IMG/VR virus record: IMGVR_UViG_3300020045_008546
Coordinates: 31,460-95,459 of that record
DNA from: a virus
Direction: 5' to 3' (one strand)
Length of the DNA stretch: 64,000 nt
Under the pieces are notes generated by a model that was not told where the DNA came from, ran no database searches, and was given only the letters and a program-made list of their open reading frames with translations. Shown here piece after piece: positions 11,242 to 23,700 of the stretch; within the stretch, counting starts at the first letter, position 1, and every line of letters begins with the position of its first letter. Both the position numbers and the translations under genes were made by a program.

Positions 11242-11454
11242 CTATTCCTTGTCTTTAATTATATAACCAGACAATTCTGCATTTAAAATACAGTAACTTC
11301 TGTTCTTGTACCCTTCTGTGCTTGCTGCAATTATTTTCCCGTTATTAGCTTTTCTACGCCATCTCCATTCACCGGCTTTATCTAAGTAAAACTCGAATTT
11401 ACTTTCTTTCGTTTCCATCCCTAATAATTTTCTAATAAACTGTATAACACTCAT
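11242..11454 (-). CDS. DUF1508 / YegP-family protein
   Basis: FEFYLDKAGEWRWRRKANNGKIIAASTEGY. Confidence 0.88.
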   Translation of the reverse strand: MSVIQFIRKLLGMETKESKFEFYLDKAGEWRWRRKANNGKIIAASTEGYKNRSYCILNAELSGYIIKDKE

Positions 11455-11689
11455 TAAAGCAAATGTTTAATTGGTTCAATAATCTCATTATACTTATCTT
11501 CTGTAATTAAACCTTCTTTCATGTCTAGCCACGCGTTTGCCGATAATCGATGGGCGTTAGTATTATTTTTACCAATACATACCTGATTAATAGTTTTGAT
11601 TCTTACTATATCTCTCAACTCTTTATCTTTAATAAGGTCTAATCCTTTTTGATAATTAGTCTTGTTAGATACCTTTGATTTTAAATTGT

Positions 11690-12216
11690 TCATGCTCTTA
11701 TATCAGTTAAAGATAACTTAGGTTCACAATCTTTACTATCTACCCATGCCCTAGTTGCTACTATTCGCCATTGATTATTATTATACATCCACAAACCTTT
11801 TGCAATTCCAATTGTAACATATCTTAATTCGCCTTCATTAGCTAATAAATTAAGCTCAGTAGGAATACTAAACTTACTTACCTCAACTGGCAATGATTTT
11901 TTACTAGTTGTTAAATCAAGAATAGCCGAACCAATAAATGGAACCCCAATTAGGTTCTTAATAAATGATAATCTATTCATATAGTATTATCGGAACAAGT
12001 GAAACTAATAGACCCATCTCTTGCGCTTGATATTATTTTATTCACAGTGCCTATTTTTAAATCTTTATTGTGATTCATAGGTATAATTCCACAACGCTTA
12101 ACAGAATCAAGTATATCTTCTGGATTAACGTCACTTCTGAAATTATAATTTTTATTCTTTACGCCTACCATTAAAGGTAAAGCAACTATTGATCTTAAAA
12201 AATCTATACGATTCAT
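11690..12216 (-). other. Two tandem small ORFs with degenerate Tat-like N-termini
   Basis: MNRLSFIKNLIGVPFIG and MNRIDFLRSIVALPLMVG. Confidence 0.5.
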
Positions 12217-12488
12217 ATTGTCTTACGTTTTAAAATTTCCTCAATTACAAAAAGAATTATCGTTAACACAGCAAAGATGTAAATAACTTTCAATGCTAAA
12301 TAATCGTGCTTTTTATTAATCATTGTCTGTAAAGTAATATTTAGTCATATAGTGCATCGGAACGTACATTAAAATAAAATATATAAAAAATTTAGCATCT
12401 ATTATATGAGAATGTAAAGATCGCAAGAAAAAGAACATAGATACTAATATCCAGATCAAAAGAAATAAACGAAACCAAATGTTATTAA

Positions 12489-13025
12489 TCATGACACTTT
12501 TCGTTGCACTAATTTACTAAATTTTGCTGGTTTTATAAGCACTTCTGGTTTATTAAATTCTTTATTTAAAAAGGTATCACACTGAGCATAAAGAATATTT
12601 TCAGCAGTTAAATATTTTAATACATTGGCTATTCTTATCGCATTACTAGGCGTTATAATTCTAGTTCCTTGCATTATACAAGTTATATTTTCAATAGATA
12701 TTTTAGTTAGATTACTTAAATCTTTGTAAGTCATATTCTTTGACTTTAACGCCTCTTTAATTAATTCACTAGCTGACATACATTTGTTTTGTTGATTAGT
12801 TTTAAAGTGCTTTTGAAGCGTTAGAATTGTTTTAGAGCTAATCTTATTGTCAAATCCTTTTGATAGCTTTACGGCTGTCTTTTCGGTTATTATATTAGTA
12901 TCATTAACAATCTGACTTAATGCACTTGCATGTAATCCCGATCTTTTAGCTAATTCAAAGTGAATTATTTTATAATCTCGACAAAAGCTAAATATATAAT
13001 CGTTCACTTTATTTAGACTTTTCAT
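12489..13025 (-). CDS. Tandem HigA-like XRE-HTH protein
   Basis: Two repeats: ELAKRSG..SALSQIVN..IITEKTAVKLSK and DLSNLT..ITCIMQGTRIITPSNAIRIA. Confidence 0.8.
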   Translation of the reverse strand: MKSLNKVNDYIFSFCRDYKIIHFELAKRSGLHASALSQIVNDTNIITEKTAVKLSKGFDNKISSKTILTLQKHFKTNQQNKCMSASELIKEALKSKNMTYKDLSNLTKISIENITCIMQGTRIITPSNAIRIANVLKYLTAENILYAQCDTFLNKEFNKPEVLIKPAKFSKLVQRKVS

Positions 13026-13441
13026 GGCGTTAAATGTCCAAAATAAATTTCATACATATCGCTAAAAACTTTATTAGCATTCTCATTATACATTACGCCT
13101 TTACTTGGATTACTGAACTGTAAAACAGTAGCGTCTTTAAGTAATATCTTATCGTTAACCCAATAAGCCGGATCAGAATAACTATTAATACCTAAATCGT
13201 TTTTATTGTTCAATTTAATAACTAGATTCTGAATAGATTTAACCGTTGATCTAACTATTGAAATCTTATGTTTCATTCGAGGATAACAATAAGTAATCCT
13301 TTCAAAGCTGTTATGATACTTAAAGAATACTTGGTTAGTATCTGGAAATATCATTAATAGACCTAGATTAATTCTTTCGTTTAATACACTTGAATAGTTG
13401 TAGTATAAAAGTGATGATATATAGTTTCCGGTGTAAGTCAT
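13022..13441 (-). CDS. DUF3037-family protein
   Basis: SLLYY..SVLNERINLGLL and LQFSNP motifs. Confidence 0.75.
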   Translation of the reverse strand: MTYTGNYISSLLYYNYSSVLNERINLGLLMIFPDTNQVFFKYHNSFERITYCYPRMKHKISIVRSTVKSIQNLVIKLNNKNDLGINSYSDPAYWVNDKILLKDATVLQFSNPSKGVMYNENANKVFSDMYEIYFGHLTP

Positions 13442-13579
13442 TTTCTTTGCTTTAATTCAAACATTAATTCCTCCAAAGTATTCTGATAGTGATATTTCAA
13501 CAACCTACTACTTTTAAATCTAAGTAGTAGACGTTTATTTGATTCTATCTTTTTAGTTATCTCTTCGATTGACAAACTT

Positions 13580-14002
13580 TCAATTTCCTGATGATCCATA
13601 TCCTTTACTTCCCCTTTCGCTATCTTCAAGTTCATTTACTTCTTCTAGTTCAATTAAAGGTATTTCTACTATTACTATTTGGCCTATTCTATCGCCTATT
13701 TCATATTCACTATTAAATAAAGAAAGTCTCTTAAATTTAAATGTGATTGACCCCAAAAAAAGAGAATCAATAACGCCTACCGAATTAGATAAGATTAATT
13801 GTTTCTTTGCATTAGAACTTCTAGGGAATAATAAACCTACAAATCCTATTGGCACTTCAATAGCTATTCCGCAATCGTAAACAACGTTGTTATCTTGATC
13901 GTAACTTTTACTAACCGCCGATAAGTCAAATCCTGCATCATAAGTATGTGCCTTAAATGGAATCTTTGCGTCTGGATGGCATTTTTTAAATCTTACTTTC
14001 AT
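13580..14002 (-). CDS. dut: Trimeric dUTPase
   Basis: AGFDL, PRSS, GVIDS, DRIGQ, RGSKGYGSSG motifs. Confidence 0.95.
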   Translation of the reverse strand: MKVRFKKCHPDAKIPFKAHTYDAGFDLSAVSKSYDQDNNVVYDCGIAIEVPIGFVGLLFPRSSNAKKQLILSNSVGVIDSLFLGSITFKFKRLSLFNSEYEIGDRIGQIVIVEIPLIELEEVNELEDSERGSKGYGSSGN

Positions 14003-14032
14003 GTATCTGTTTAGTTGAATGTTTAATTATAA

Positions 14033-14156
14033 TTCCGCTCGACAATCATATATCAATGATCAATTGACTTTTCGCACACTAAGTCTTTTGTTTCCTCATA
14101 GTGCACTTATGGTACTTTAATTAACTTAGCTTTTTTGTGTGATTAATCGAGCGGAA
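14033..14156 (-). ncRNA. Candidate structured RNA / leader upstream of dut
   Basis: Non-coding 167-bp gap closed by TTCCGCTCGA (14033-14042) / TCGAGCGGAA (14147-14156), extended by AATCA/TGATT; AATATTTG box just upstream. Confidence 0.5.
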
Positions 14157-16832
14157 CTATCAAATATTTTTAATTAACGGACACCCCCTCGCTTAGTTCT
14201 CCTACTATAATATCAACACTATCACGCTTTCGATAATCTAACCAATTTTCAATATCTGCATGATGTACAAATTGTTTGTTACCTTTTGAAATTAATTTAG
14301 TACGCTTATCCGATAAAAGATATTCGCCAAATGTTACTAGATCATCTCTTGTGAATTGTTCCATTATTATTTTTATTTAAGTTTATCTTCTTCCATTAAA
14401 ATATCAATTACTTCGCCTGTTGTTAAATCGTCAAAATCATCTCTGCCTGTTTCGATTGTAGTATATTGAAAAGGGTCATAGCCACTAGGTGTACACCATT
14501 TAATAGCTTCTGGCTCATCTGATACTAATTCTATTTCTGATTCAGTAATAGATCCATATACTTCTGAGTGTTTGCCTAGAACTTCACCAAAATAAACTTT
14601 AATACCTTTATCAATCAGATACTTTACTTTTGCTTTTGATTCAATAAACACTCCTTCTAATTCACCGCTTCTTCCGCAATCGAAAGTCATTTTAAATACT
14701 GCTAAGTCGCTCATTTTTGTTTATTATTTAGTTGTTTAAATTGTTTCACTTTCTGGATTATAAATAGGCGGTTCATTTTTCTTAACCTCGCCATGAACTA
14801 CAAAATCACCACTGAATTCTAAGTCTTTAAATAATAATAATTTATCGTATTGACCTAGCTTCAATTTAGATAAATCTTTATACGCAATCACTGGTGCATC
14901 TCTTTCATTTAAACGAATAACAACGCCATACGTACATTCAGTTGAGTAGCACTCTTGATTTAAATAAACTTTTACTAATTGTCCCGGTTTACAAAGGACT
15001 ATATGAGCAGGTTGTTTCTTGTGTAATGTTTTATGCATTAAAATATCTTTTTATAACCTTGAATCTCAATTAGAATATACTTTAACGCGCCTATTAAATC
15101 TGTAAATGATCTGTAAGGAATGGGATTAAATAAAAACCCCGTATTCAAATCTTTAAAGTATATCCTGAATTTAATAACATCCTTATCTTTATATGAAAAG
15201 TAACTGATTAGTATATTATACTCTTCATAGTATTTAGCTTGTTGAATGAAGTATTGTTGTAATCCCATAATTAATATTTAACGCCTTTAAGTTTATCATC
15301 AACTCTTAGTGCCATTTCTTGAAAGTATCTTCTGTTCTTTGTTCTATATGTTATCTCGTTATTGGAACCAAAATTTATATTCATGCTATACTCAATACCA
15401 AAATTAATGAATATAGGGAAGTCTGAGTACATCGTTTTTAGATTATCAAACAATTGTTCTATATCAAACTTAACACAAACAATTTTACTTGACTTAACTA
15501 ATTCGCTTATTAAATCAAACTCTTTAATCTCTTGTTCAGTTGCGTAAAACTTATTTCGTTTCATAACCAAATTTAATTAATAACTACCTGAATACCTAAA
15601 TTTTAACCGTTTATTTTATTAATAATATCCTTTGCAAAGTAATTTAAACACGCGTCACTATTTTCAATCTCTTTGCAGAACTGATCACTAAAAGTTAATA
15701 CAAAATAGTTTTTACTTCCTTCTTCTTGAAAATATAATTCCCATCCGTAATTGCTTTCTTGCATCCCTGAAAATATTTCTTTACCCGTTTTTTTGGCAAC
15801 TATTGCATCTATTTTGAACAAGACGTTATACATTGACGAACCTTTGTATATAAAATTAGCCTTTGAATATGGATCAATCATTTTATTTTAGGTTTAATAT
15901 CCACTTCAATTAATTCATAACTTTCAAACAATTCAAGGCAATCAGAACTAGTCATATTCATCCCCAAAGTATAAATAGTCTCAACATCTAAAAATAAAGT
16001 AGGAATGTTGTCTTTAAAGTTTCTTACAGTATAAAAATATCCTTCTTTACTATATTCTCCCCAAATAGGATTATCATTAGTAGAATCAATTCGCTTTAAG
16101 GCTTTCATAATCCTAATGCTATTTTCTCTTCCTTAGTTAATTTACTTAAAGCTGATTTCTTTAATTCAGGCGTTTTGTTAGACATATATTCATCAAATGA
16201 ATCATAAATTTTATATTGAATAGATTCAGCATAAACCTTTCCACCATAACCTCCAACTGTTTTAGCGAACCTATATGCCTCATCTTCGTTATAAAATCTA
16301 GCTAATATAGGATCATTACCGTAATCCCTCAATTCGCATACTTTAAATACATTTTCATTTATAATTTTCATCGTCTATTCAATTTTAAAAGCTCTTCCAA
16401 TACAATAGTAATGTTTGAACCGGATAACATTACACCCTCTACTTGCTCAACACTTCCACTTAATCCAACTCTGAATCTATCACCTCGCCATGTGAAACGT
16501 AATTGATTTTCTAAGTCTAAATCTATCTCAGATATTTGACTAGGATAAGGGATTGATTTAATTATTGCTTGTAGTAATTCTGATTTATCTTTATACATGA
16601 CAGTTATTTATTAATAAATTTAACAAAACTGGATTCTAAATAAGATTTATATTCTTTTTCGTAAATCTTACTAAATTTATTAAAGTCTTTTTTGTTGGTA
16701 AAAATCAAATTTTGATTATTATTTGGCAACGAATCTAAACTCATTTTCCCAATCAGTAAACTAACTTTATTAAATGCACTCGATGCAATTGATTTAACTA
16801 CCTCTATTTTATACATAATTAATTTTGTTTTA

Positions 16833-16883
16833 TTGCCTCATCGTTAAGACAAACGAAGATAGGTATATTATTTTAATATACAA
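16833..16883 (-). promoter_or_regulatory. Repeated promoter with operator and 5' hairpin (copy 1)
   Basis: TTGTATATTAAAATAATATA..TATCTTCG, then TTGTCTTA-ACGA-TGAGGCAA. Confidence 0.75.
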
Positions 16884-17268
16884 TTATTTATTTTATTATT
16901 TGTAGGATGTTATTATTTGATAACTCTTAATTAATGATGGATGCAATAAATCAAATCTTTTGTCTTCTCTGAATTTATTAACAAAATAAGTATCATCCAT
17001 TCTAATCATTTTTTTAATGTATAAAAACAGTATTTTATTACGATCTTTTAAGCTACGAGAATCATCAAATAACTTTTCATAAAACTCTTCCATAATTATT
17101 CTTTTTTAAATGCTTGCGCGTAGAATATCCTATCAATACTAGCATCGTAAGCAATAGTAACTCCGCCCACTAATACCCAACCTTCTTTTATTTTAAGATT
17201 GCAGTGATACTCAAAGGTATCTTGTGGCTGTGTTATTACTATATAAGTGTAATTTTCTATTCTCATGA

Positions 17269-17607
17269 TCAATAATTTAAAATGTTTACTTTCTTACCTT
17301 GCTTTCTAGCGTAATCAATGCTAAAAAAAGTCCCCTTAGATAAACCATTCCATGCTGCTAATATTTCATCAGAAGCATCAACTATATACCTGTTTCGAAT
17401 TATTCCCGCAGGTTTACCGTGTAGTTCCCAATCTGGTAGGTATTCCGTGTATTTAATACCTTTCATTAAGGCGTAACTTTTACCATATAAATCGCAACCT
17501 CTCGCGCCACCTGAAATAATCTCAGTTATGTTATCGTATTTATCTAACTCTTCAAACAGTCTCTTCTCATCTGTGAAAGTACGACCGCCTATTACTGATA
17601 ACTTCAT
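17269..17607 (-). CDS. SLOG family protein (DUF2493/YspA-like)
   Basis: VIGGRTF, IISGGARGCD, AGIIRNRYIV, WNGLSKGT. Confidence 0.88.
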   Translation of the reverse strand: MKLSVIGGRTFTDEKRLFEELDKYDNITEIISGGARGCDLYGKSYALMKGIKYTEYLPDWELHGKPAGIIRNRYIVDASDEILAAWNGLSKGTFFSIDYARKQGKKVNILNY

Positions 17608-19193
17608 GGTAAATCATTTATGCTTGAAAATATACAATACCCTTTAAATGTTCCCGTGTTTTTAACATACCAAACATTAACTTCGCTAATAAATATCATA
17701 TCACCTTCATTTACTTTTTTATACGCCTTCTCCATTATTTCAGGTAAAGTATATTCTTCGTATATAATAGTTTCGGTCATATCTTTTCTTTTTTAACTAC
17801 CAAGCCTTTATTCATACTAGAATACATTCCCATTCCAGCCGACATTTCAACGCCCGTAACAACATAAATCACATCATCAAACCAAACTCTATCACCTCTA
17901 TTATAAGTCTCTTCGTCGTTAACTACCAGTACTGTTCCTCTTCCTGTTATTTCTAAACAAGATAGTACTATGGGTGATTTAATTGGCTTATCTTCTTTAA
18001 AAGATTCTAAATATTTAATTGCTGCATCTTCACCTTCTGTATCTTGAATATAAAGTGCATGAGATAATACTTTTAAAGCGTTTCTCTTTTCGTTTATTTC
18101 TTTGTCGTTCATATTAACCTCTGTTTGCTCTGATTTGTTGATCTATCTCAATTACCTTAACAACTTCATCTATGTTTAAATTAGCGCCTATCTGCTTATT
18201 AAAAGGCCAATACCATAGTTTAATATATACGTTATATAAACTAGATTCCAAGCCTACTATTTTGTATGTGTTTTTACATATGTTCATTGTGATTTTATTT
18301 ATAGTTCCCACATTTCACCTTCTATTCTTATTATTTCTCTTTTAGCCCACTGTTCTTTTGCCTCTTGTAATTTAATTTCAAATAAAACATCAGGATCAGG
18401 CGTTACAAAGTAAGTATATTCTTTATTAGTCATTGCAGTCCAGACAGGAAACCACCAACGATTAATTAACCATTTATTTTTACCGAATTTATATATATGA
18501 AAGTCCCTCATTGTTTAGTTGTTTTGGTTTATGTGTTCTAACTTTTTAATTTGTTTAGCATACTCTATTACTTCATCATCACTATTATCTTTAATTAATT
18601 CGTATTCATCGCCTACTATTTCAGCGTAGTTATACCATTTTATATGATCACCTCTAAAACCCGCGTAAGCATCGCATTGTTTAACTATTATACTTGGATC
18701 GCCTTTATAATTTAAACCCCTTACAACCGAAAATTTGCCGTCTAGTTCTTGTTGTTCTTTCTCTTTAAGGCTTATTATTTTAGCTACCCATCGGTAGGGT
18801 TCAGCCCACTTTTCATTATTTAGTAAAGCGTTACATACTTTACATGTTACTTCTTCTTTAATTTCTGTTTTTAGTACGCCATAATTTGAAGCAGAGAATT
18901 CACATCCATCATCAAGATTAGTCCAATGTACTTTTTTATGTTTAGCCATTTTGTTTAGTCTGAATATAACATTCTTTTCTTAATAGATTAATACTTGCTG
19001 AATTGATTTCTAATTTATGCCTTCCTTTAAATCCGTTTCTAACAATTATACATCTAAGATAAGTAACATCTTTCTCTTTATCAGTATTTTTATTTTCTAT
19101 TTTATTAAAAATGTCTATTACTTCTATTGTTTGATCCACGCCTATTGCTGTGAACAAATCACCTACTTCAATCATTGCTATATGTTGTTTTTA

Positions 19194-20117
19194 TTACTTT
19201 TTGGGTGTCAATTTTATGACTACAATTTTACTAGTGGTCAACACATCTAGCTTATCTAGATCATAAGAAGAATAAGAAAGTTTAAATTCGCTTAATTTAT
19301 GATTAATAAACTTTTTACCTCTAAGTTTGAACTGAGAAGTTGTTTCTTTAATCAAAATACCGTTTTTATCTATTCTTGAACCATTAATACAACCAAAAAA
19401 CCCATCATAATATAAATGGCGTTCTTCTGGCTTAATTAACTCGAATCTTCTACGCCAATTAATATAGCCTAGTGTTTTCAATAGTTTTTTGTATTTCTTA
19501 GCAGTCGTTTCAGATCTCCTATCCATTGACTTTGCTATATTTTTGTTACTAACAGTGAGATATCCATACTCGGTTTTTCGTTCGTACTTTTTCAACTTAT
19601 CAAGGCGTTCTGTATCCTTTTTATTAAGCGGTCTAAGTACTGATTTACTAGTAAGTATTTGCCTTTCAACAGATATATTTAATCTCTTCTCTTGGTAACG
19701 TAATTTAGCGACGAATAGAATTCCCCGTATTGATATTTTTGTTTCTGATAATTTCTTGCTTGCGTAAATTGTTATAGACTTCTCATCAGGATATTTACCA
19801 ATGAATGAAGGATATATTTTTTGTAACTTCTTTTTAGTTAAAACACAAATATTCCCATCCCGTAAATGAACAATGCCTTTATCAACTAAAATATTAAGAT
19901 GGAACTTTAATGTATTATAAGATACGCCTAACTTTTCAGCTAGTTTTCTTTTATTGCAATTGTAAATAATTGGATTTTTGTAGAGAGTACGTATCTGTAC
20001 GTAATAGGAAAGTGTATTAAGTAAATCCTCTTGGTAAAATGATGAAAACATCTTACAAGGAATTTGAACTTGATACTTACTTCGATTCTTACCTATTTTA
20101 ACTACCTCTTCTGACAC
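19194..20117 (-). CDS. Basic protein with two winged-HTH-like segments (possible Rep/initiator)
   Basis: KLAEKLGVSYNTLKFHLNILVDKGIV and SNKNIAKSMDRRSETTAKKYKKLLKTLGYI; GTG start. Confidence 0.55.
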   Translation of the reverse strand: MSEEVVKIGKNRSKYQVQIPCKMFSSFYQEDLLNTLSYYVQIRTLYKNPIIYNCNKRKLAEKLGVSYNTLKFHLNILVDKGIVHLRDGNICVLTKKKLQKIYPSFIGKYPDEKSITIYASKKLSETKISIRGILFVAKLRYQEKRLNISVERQILTSKSVLRPLNKKDTERLDKLKKYERKTEYGYLTVSNKNIAKSMDRRSETTAKKYKKLLKTLGYINWRRRFELIKPEERHLYYDGFFGCINGSRIDKNGILIKETTSQFKLRGKKFINHKLSEFKLSYSSYDLDKLDVLTTSKIVVIKLTPKK

Positions 20118-20122
20118 AACAA

Positions 20123-20269
20123 ATCCGTTCTGGGCTAATGAAGAATTTTAAGTGTCAAGTTAAAGTCTTCCCAGAACGGATCACATATATTTTGTAAACG
20201 CAGCTAAATTGGGTAATGCAAAGTCTTTAATTCAATTCATTTATACTATAACTTGACAACACAAAAATA
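20123..20269 (-). promoter_or_regulatory. Structured 5' leader (pseudoknot type), copy A
   Basis: TATTTTTG box 20262-20269; 20249-20258 complementary to 20153-20162 inside hairpin 20123-20134/20170-20181. Confidence 0.7.
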
Positions 20270-20381
20270 CTAAAAACTATTTTAAAAACCAAATGAAAAT
20301 AAATAAAAAATATGTTGGTTAAAATTAGGATAAGAAATATAAAAGTTTCATATTTGCAATACAATAAAACAACTAAAAATT

Positions 20382-20774
20382 ATGAAAATAAGATTTGAGC
20401 GTGGCAAAAGTAAATTTTTCAAGCCCGATGAAGTGATACCATTTATGGTAATTATTGAGAAAAGCGAGGATGATGATTACTGTTATTTTGCTAGAACTAT
20501 TGATGAGGCAAAAGATTTTTATTCTCAATATCTAATGAATAACCGCGATCAGTTTCTTGATGATGTATCTTATGATTTAAGTAGTTTCTTAAACGTGTTT
20601 GATTTTATCAACGTAAGTAAGTTAGCTAAAACATTAGGCGTAAATGAAAGTCTTATGAGACAATACGCAGCAGGAAATAAAAAACCATCTAATAAGCAAT
20701 CTAAAAGAATAATAGATGGAATACGGGAAGTATCAAAAGAATTACTTGCAATTAATTTAATTCAAAACAACTAA
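20382..20774 (+). CDS. Bacteroidota-type HicB-like antitoxin with C-terminal HTH (orphan)
   Basis: VIIEKSED, TIDEAK..F, YDLSSFL..F.FINVSKLAK..GVNESLMRQYAAG.KKPS.KQ. Confidence 0.8.
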   Translation: MKIRFERGKSKFFKPDEVIPFMVIIEKSEDDDYCYFARTIDEAKDFYSQYLMNNRDQFLDDVSYDLSSFLNVFDFINVSKLAKTLGVNESLMRQYAAGNKKPSNKQSKRIIDGIREVSKELLAINLIQNN

Positions 20775-20778
20775 CAAA

Positions 20779-23700
20779 ATGAAAATACATAGCGAAACAA
20801 ATACAATAACAGATGTATCAGAATCTAACGGATGGTATAGTGTTAGATGTGGCTCAATGGGAACAGGCGTTAATAGCAAATACGGAGTAGTGCCAAAGGT
20901 TGGAGATATTATGACAGTTCATAGTACTACTATGTTTGGAACGATCAGAGGCATTGAAATTAACGGTAAGATGTTATTCTTTAAAAGTGATCAAGAACTA
21001 GAAGATCACAGAAAAAAAGAACTAGCTAAATACGAACAAAAGAAAATTGATGACTTCGCTAAGAATAAATCAAAACTAGATTCTGAATATGAATCTTTAC
21101 CACAAGTATTTAAGGATAGAATTGATAGATTTAGAACTAACAATCCTAATTTCAGGGTAGAATTTGAATCTTACGAATTATTTTGCTGTACAGAGGCGGT
21201 TAAGATAGCGGAAACATTAAAAACAGTTGAGGAAGTTAAATTATTTTGGAATGCTGATTGGGATAAACAAATGAAATTAGTTCCAATGCTAAATGAAGGT
21301 CATAGTGGCAATACTTTTGGGTGCGCCTGTAAATTAGCTGTTCTATATTTAGAATCACCTGAATTAGTTGCTAGAATACATGGTAGTTTATCACCATTAG
21401 TAGGATCGGAAGCATTTGGAGATATTAAAACAAACTAACCAATGAAAGACCTAAAACAACTAGTAATAGAAGAGGCGACAAACATTAAACTTTACGCCAC
21501 TGAAAAGGAGATTGATAATTTGGATATAGGCACTTTCGATGCGGAAAATGGGAATCGATGTATTTATGGACAAATGGTTGGAAATTGTTTTTCTTATGAA
21601 GCAAATTTATTATTAAATAAATGCACTAAACCTTATTCAAGAGAGCTTCATGTAGTGACAAGTCCAATTAACGATGAGTTTATAAATAATAGATCAGAAT
21701 TCTCACCAATAGAATACTATATTTTACAACCAAAATCTAAAAACAAAACACTAATTGACTTCATTAAAGGAGATATTCAAGAGTTAACCGTAGATATGTT
21801 ATGAAACCAAAAATAGGAGATAAAATATATATTCCTTCTGCTTTTTATATTTCAAGAGGCGAAGATGATGTTAAAGGAGGATTGGCTACAATAAGTATAA
21901 TTAAAGAATCTGATTTCTTGGCGAAAGACCATTATAATTACTTAATGATAGGCGTTAGGGGATTTGAAGGAACATTGTATAATTATCGTCATTTAATGGA
22001 AAAGCAAGATAAATTAAGAGAACAATTTGGAGAAGAACTAGCGGCTCACGATCCAGATATTAATACGCCTTGGATTCAATCAGGAGATATAGTTAATGGA
22101 AGTATTTATAATGGTCAAGACGTTTGGTAGCTATGGAACAAGAAACACAATTCAACAAGGCGGTTATAGTAAAAATGGATAGCCTTTATGTAACAGATGA
22201 TTTATCTTATAGTAGAGATATTCTCAAAGCAAAAGTCTTTAACATTAAAGATGCTAAAAGATTTGTTAAGACTAATAATGTTGGTGTAGTTAAAATCCTA
22301 AACCAATACGAATACAACAATATAATCTTAGATAGAATCGAAGAGTTAAAAGGTAAACTGTTAATACTGAAATAATGGGATTAAAAATAGTAAGTTTTCA
22401 AACCGCATTAGAAGCGAGAAACAAGGGATTTGTAGAAGGTAGTAATTATTATTACGACATATACACCGAAGAGTTAATAGATAATGGTAAAGCTATTTTT
22501 ATTAATGGATTAGATGGACGTTTAGTTGAAGCACCTTATCAGGCGTTATTAACTCAATGGATAAGGGAAAAACAAAATTTACATATATCTGTAAAATACA
22601 TGTCAGATGAAGTTGAAAATAATTACGAGGTAGATGTTTATATATCCTATAATAATTATCATGGATCAATACATAAAGAAATTTACGCCACTTACGAAGA
22701 AGCATTAGAAGGGGGTTTAATTAAAGGATTGGAACTAATAAAATAAACCAAATAACATTTGTATATTAAAATAATATATTGTACATTTATGTCATCCTAA
22801 CAATGGGGTGATTAAACAAAAGAAATATGAATAACAGTAAAGTAGATTTCAATAAAATTTATCAATACATTCCTTTTTGTTTAAAGTCTGGTCAAAGTGC
22901 ACTAGCTTTTGGTTTAGAAGATCCGCTAATAAAGATTGTTGATAACTATAACGTAATGAATTTTGTTGAAGGAAATACTTCTGCTAAAATTATATTATAT
23001 CCAATATCTGATTTAAATAATAAAATATTTTCAAACAAAGAATCCTTTATTCCATTAAATAGGCTAAATGATATTATTACTTTGGGGGATACTGATATTT
23101 ACAAATTAAATAGTTTTATTAAATCGCCTTGGACTTATTATTTTCTACCTCACTTGATTATAGAAAAATTATTTGAATGGAAGTTTGATATTTACTCTTT
23201 GATTGAAAATGATTTAGCTATTGATGTTAATACACTTAAAGATAATCCTTACAAATGAAAACGCTAGCATATTTTTTAAATAAAGTTTCATTGGAAAAAC
23301 ACGGTAATAATTGGTGGTTTATTATTAGTCATTTATCTCCCGAAATTATGCAACCTATAATTGATGAGGCATGTAATAGATATACAATGCAATGTTGTGA
23401 ATTTTTAAGACAAAGATGTGCTGATAATGCTACTACTTGTAAGTTAGAAAGTAAAACTAAGGATATTACAATAGTTAATTTGGATTCTATTTTAAACACT
23501 GAAATTATACTGCCGTAATATGAGCTACAACATAACAACTTGGAAAACAAAAAAGATTGATGGATTAAGAATACCTATTGATTGCTTTAACGGTAAAAAA
23601 CATAAACATTACCAACAAGAAGTAACGATTAATAACAGTCATGTAATTATAGAAGCCGGTGAAGGTAAAATTGAAGGATACTTACAGATTGATGATGCGG

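Larger units (their letters stand above)
14170..19175 (-). other. Array of about 20 small hypothetical phage proteins
   Basis: Tightly packed co-oriented ORFs of 60-145 aa. Confidence 0.7.

Noticed and set aside
14060-14110. Hammerhead ribozyme (CUAUGAG...CGAAA on minus strand)
   Set aside because: The CUGAnGA core is not matched and stem II geometry does not fit
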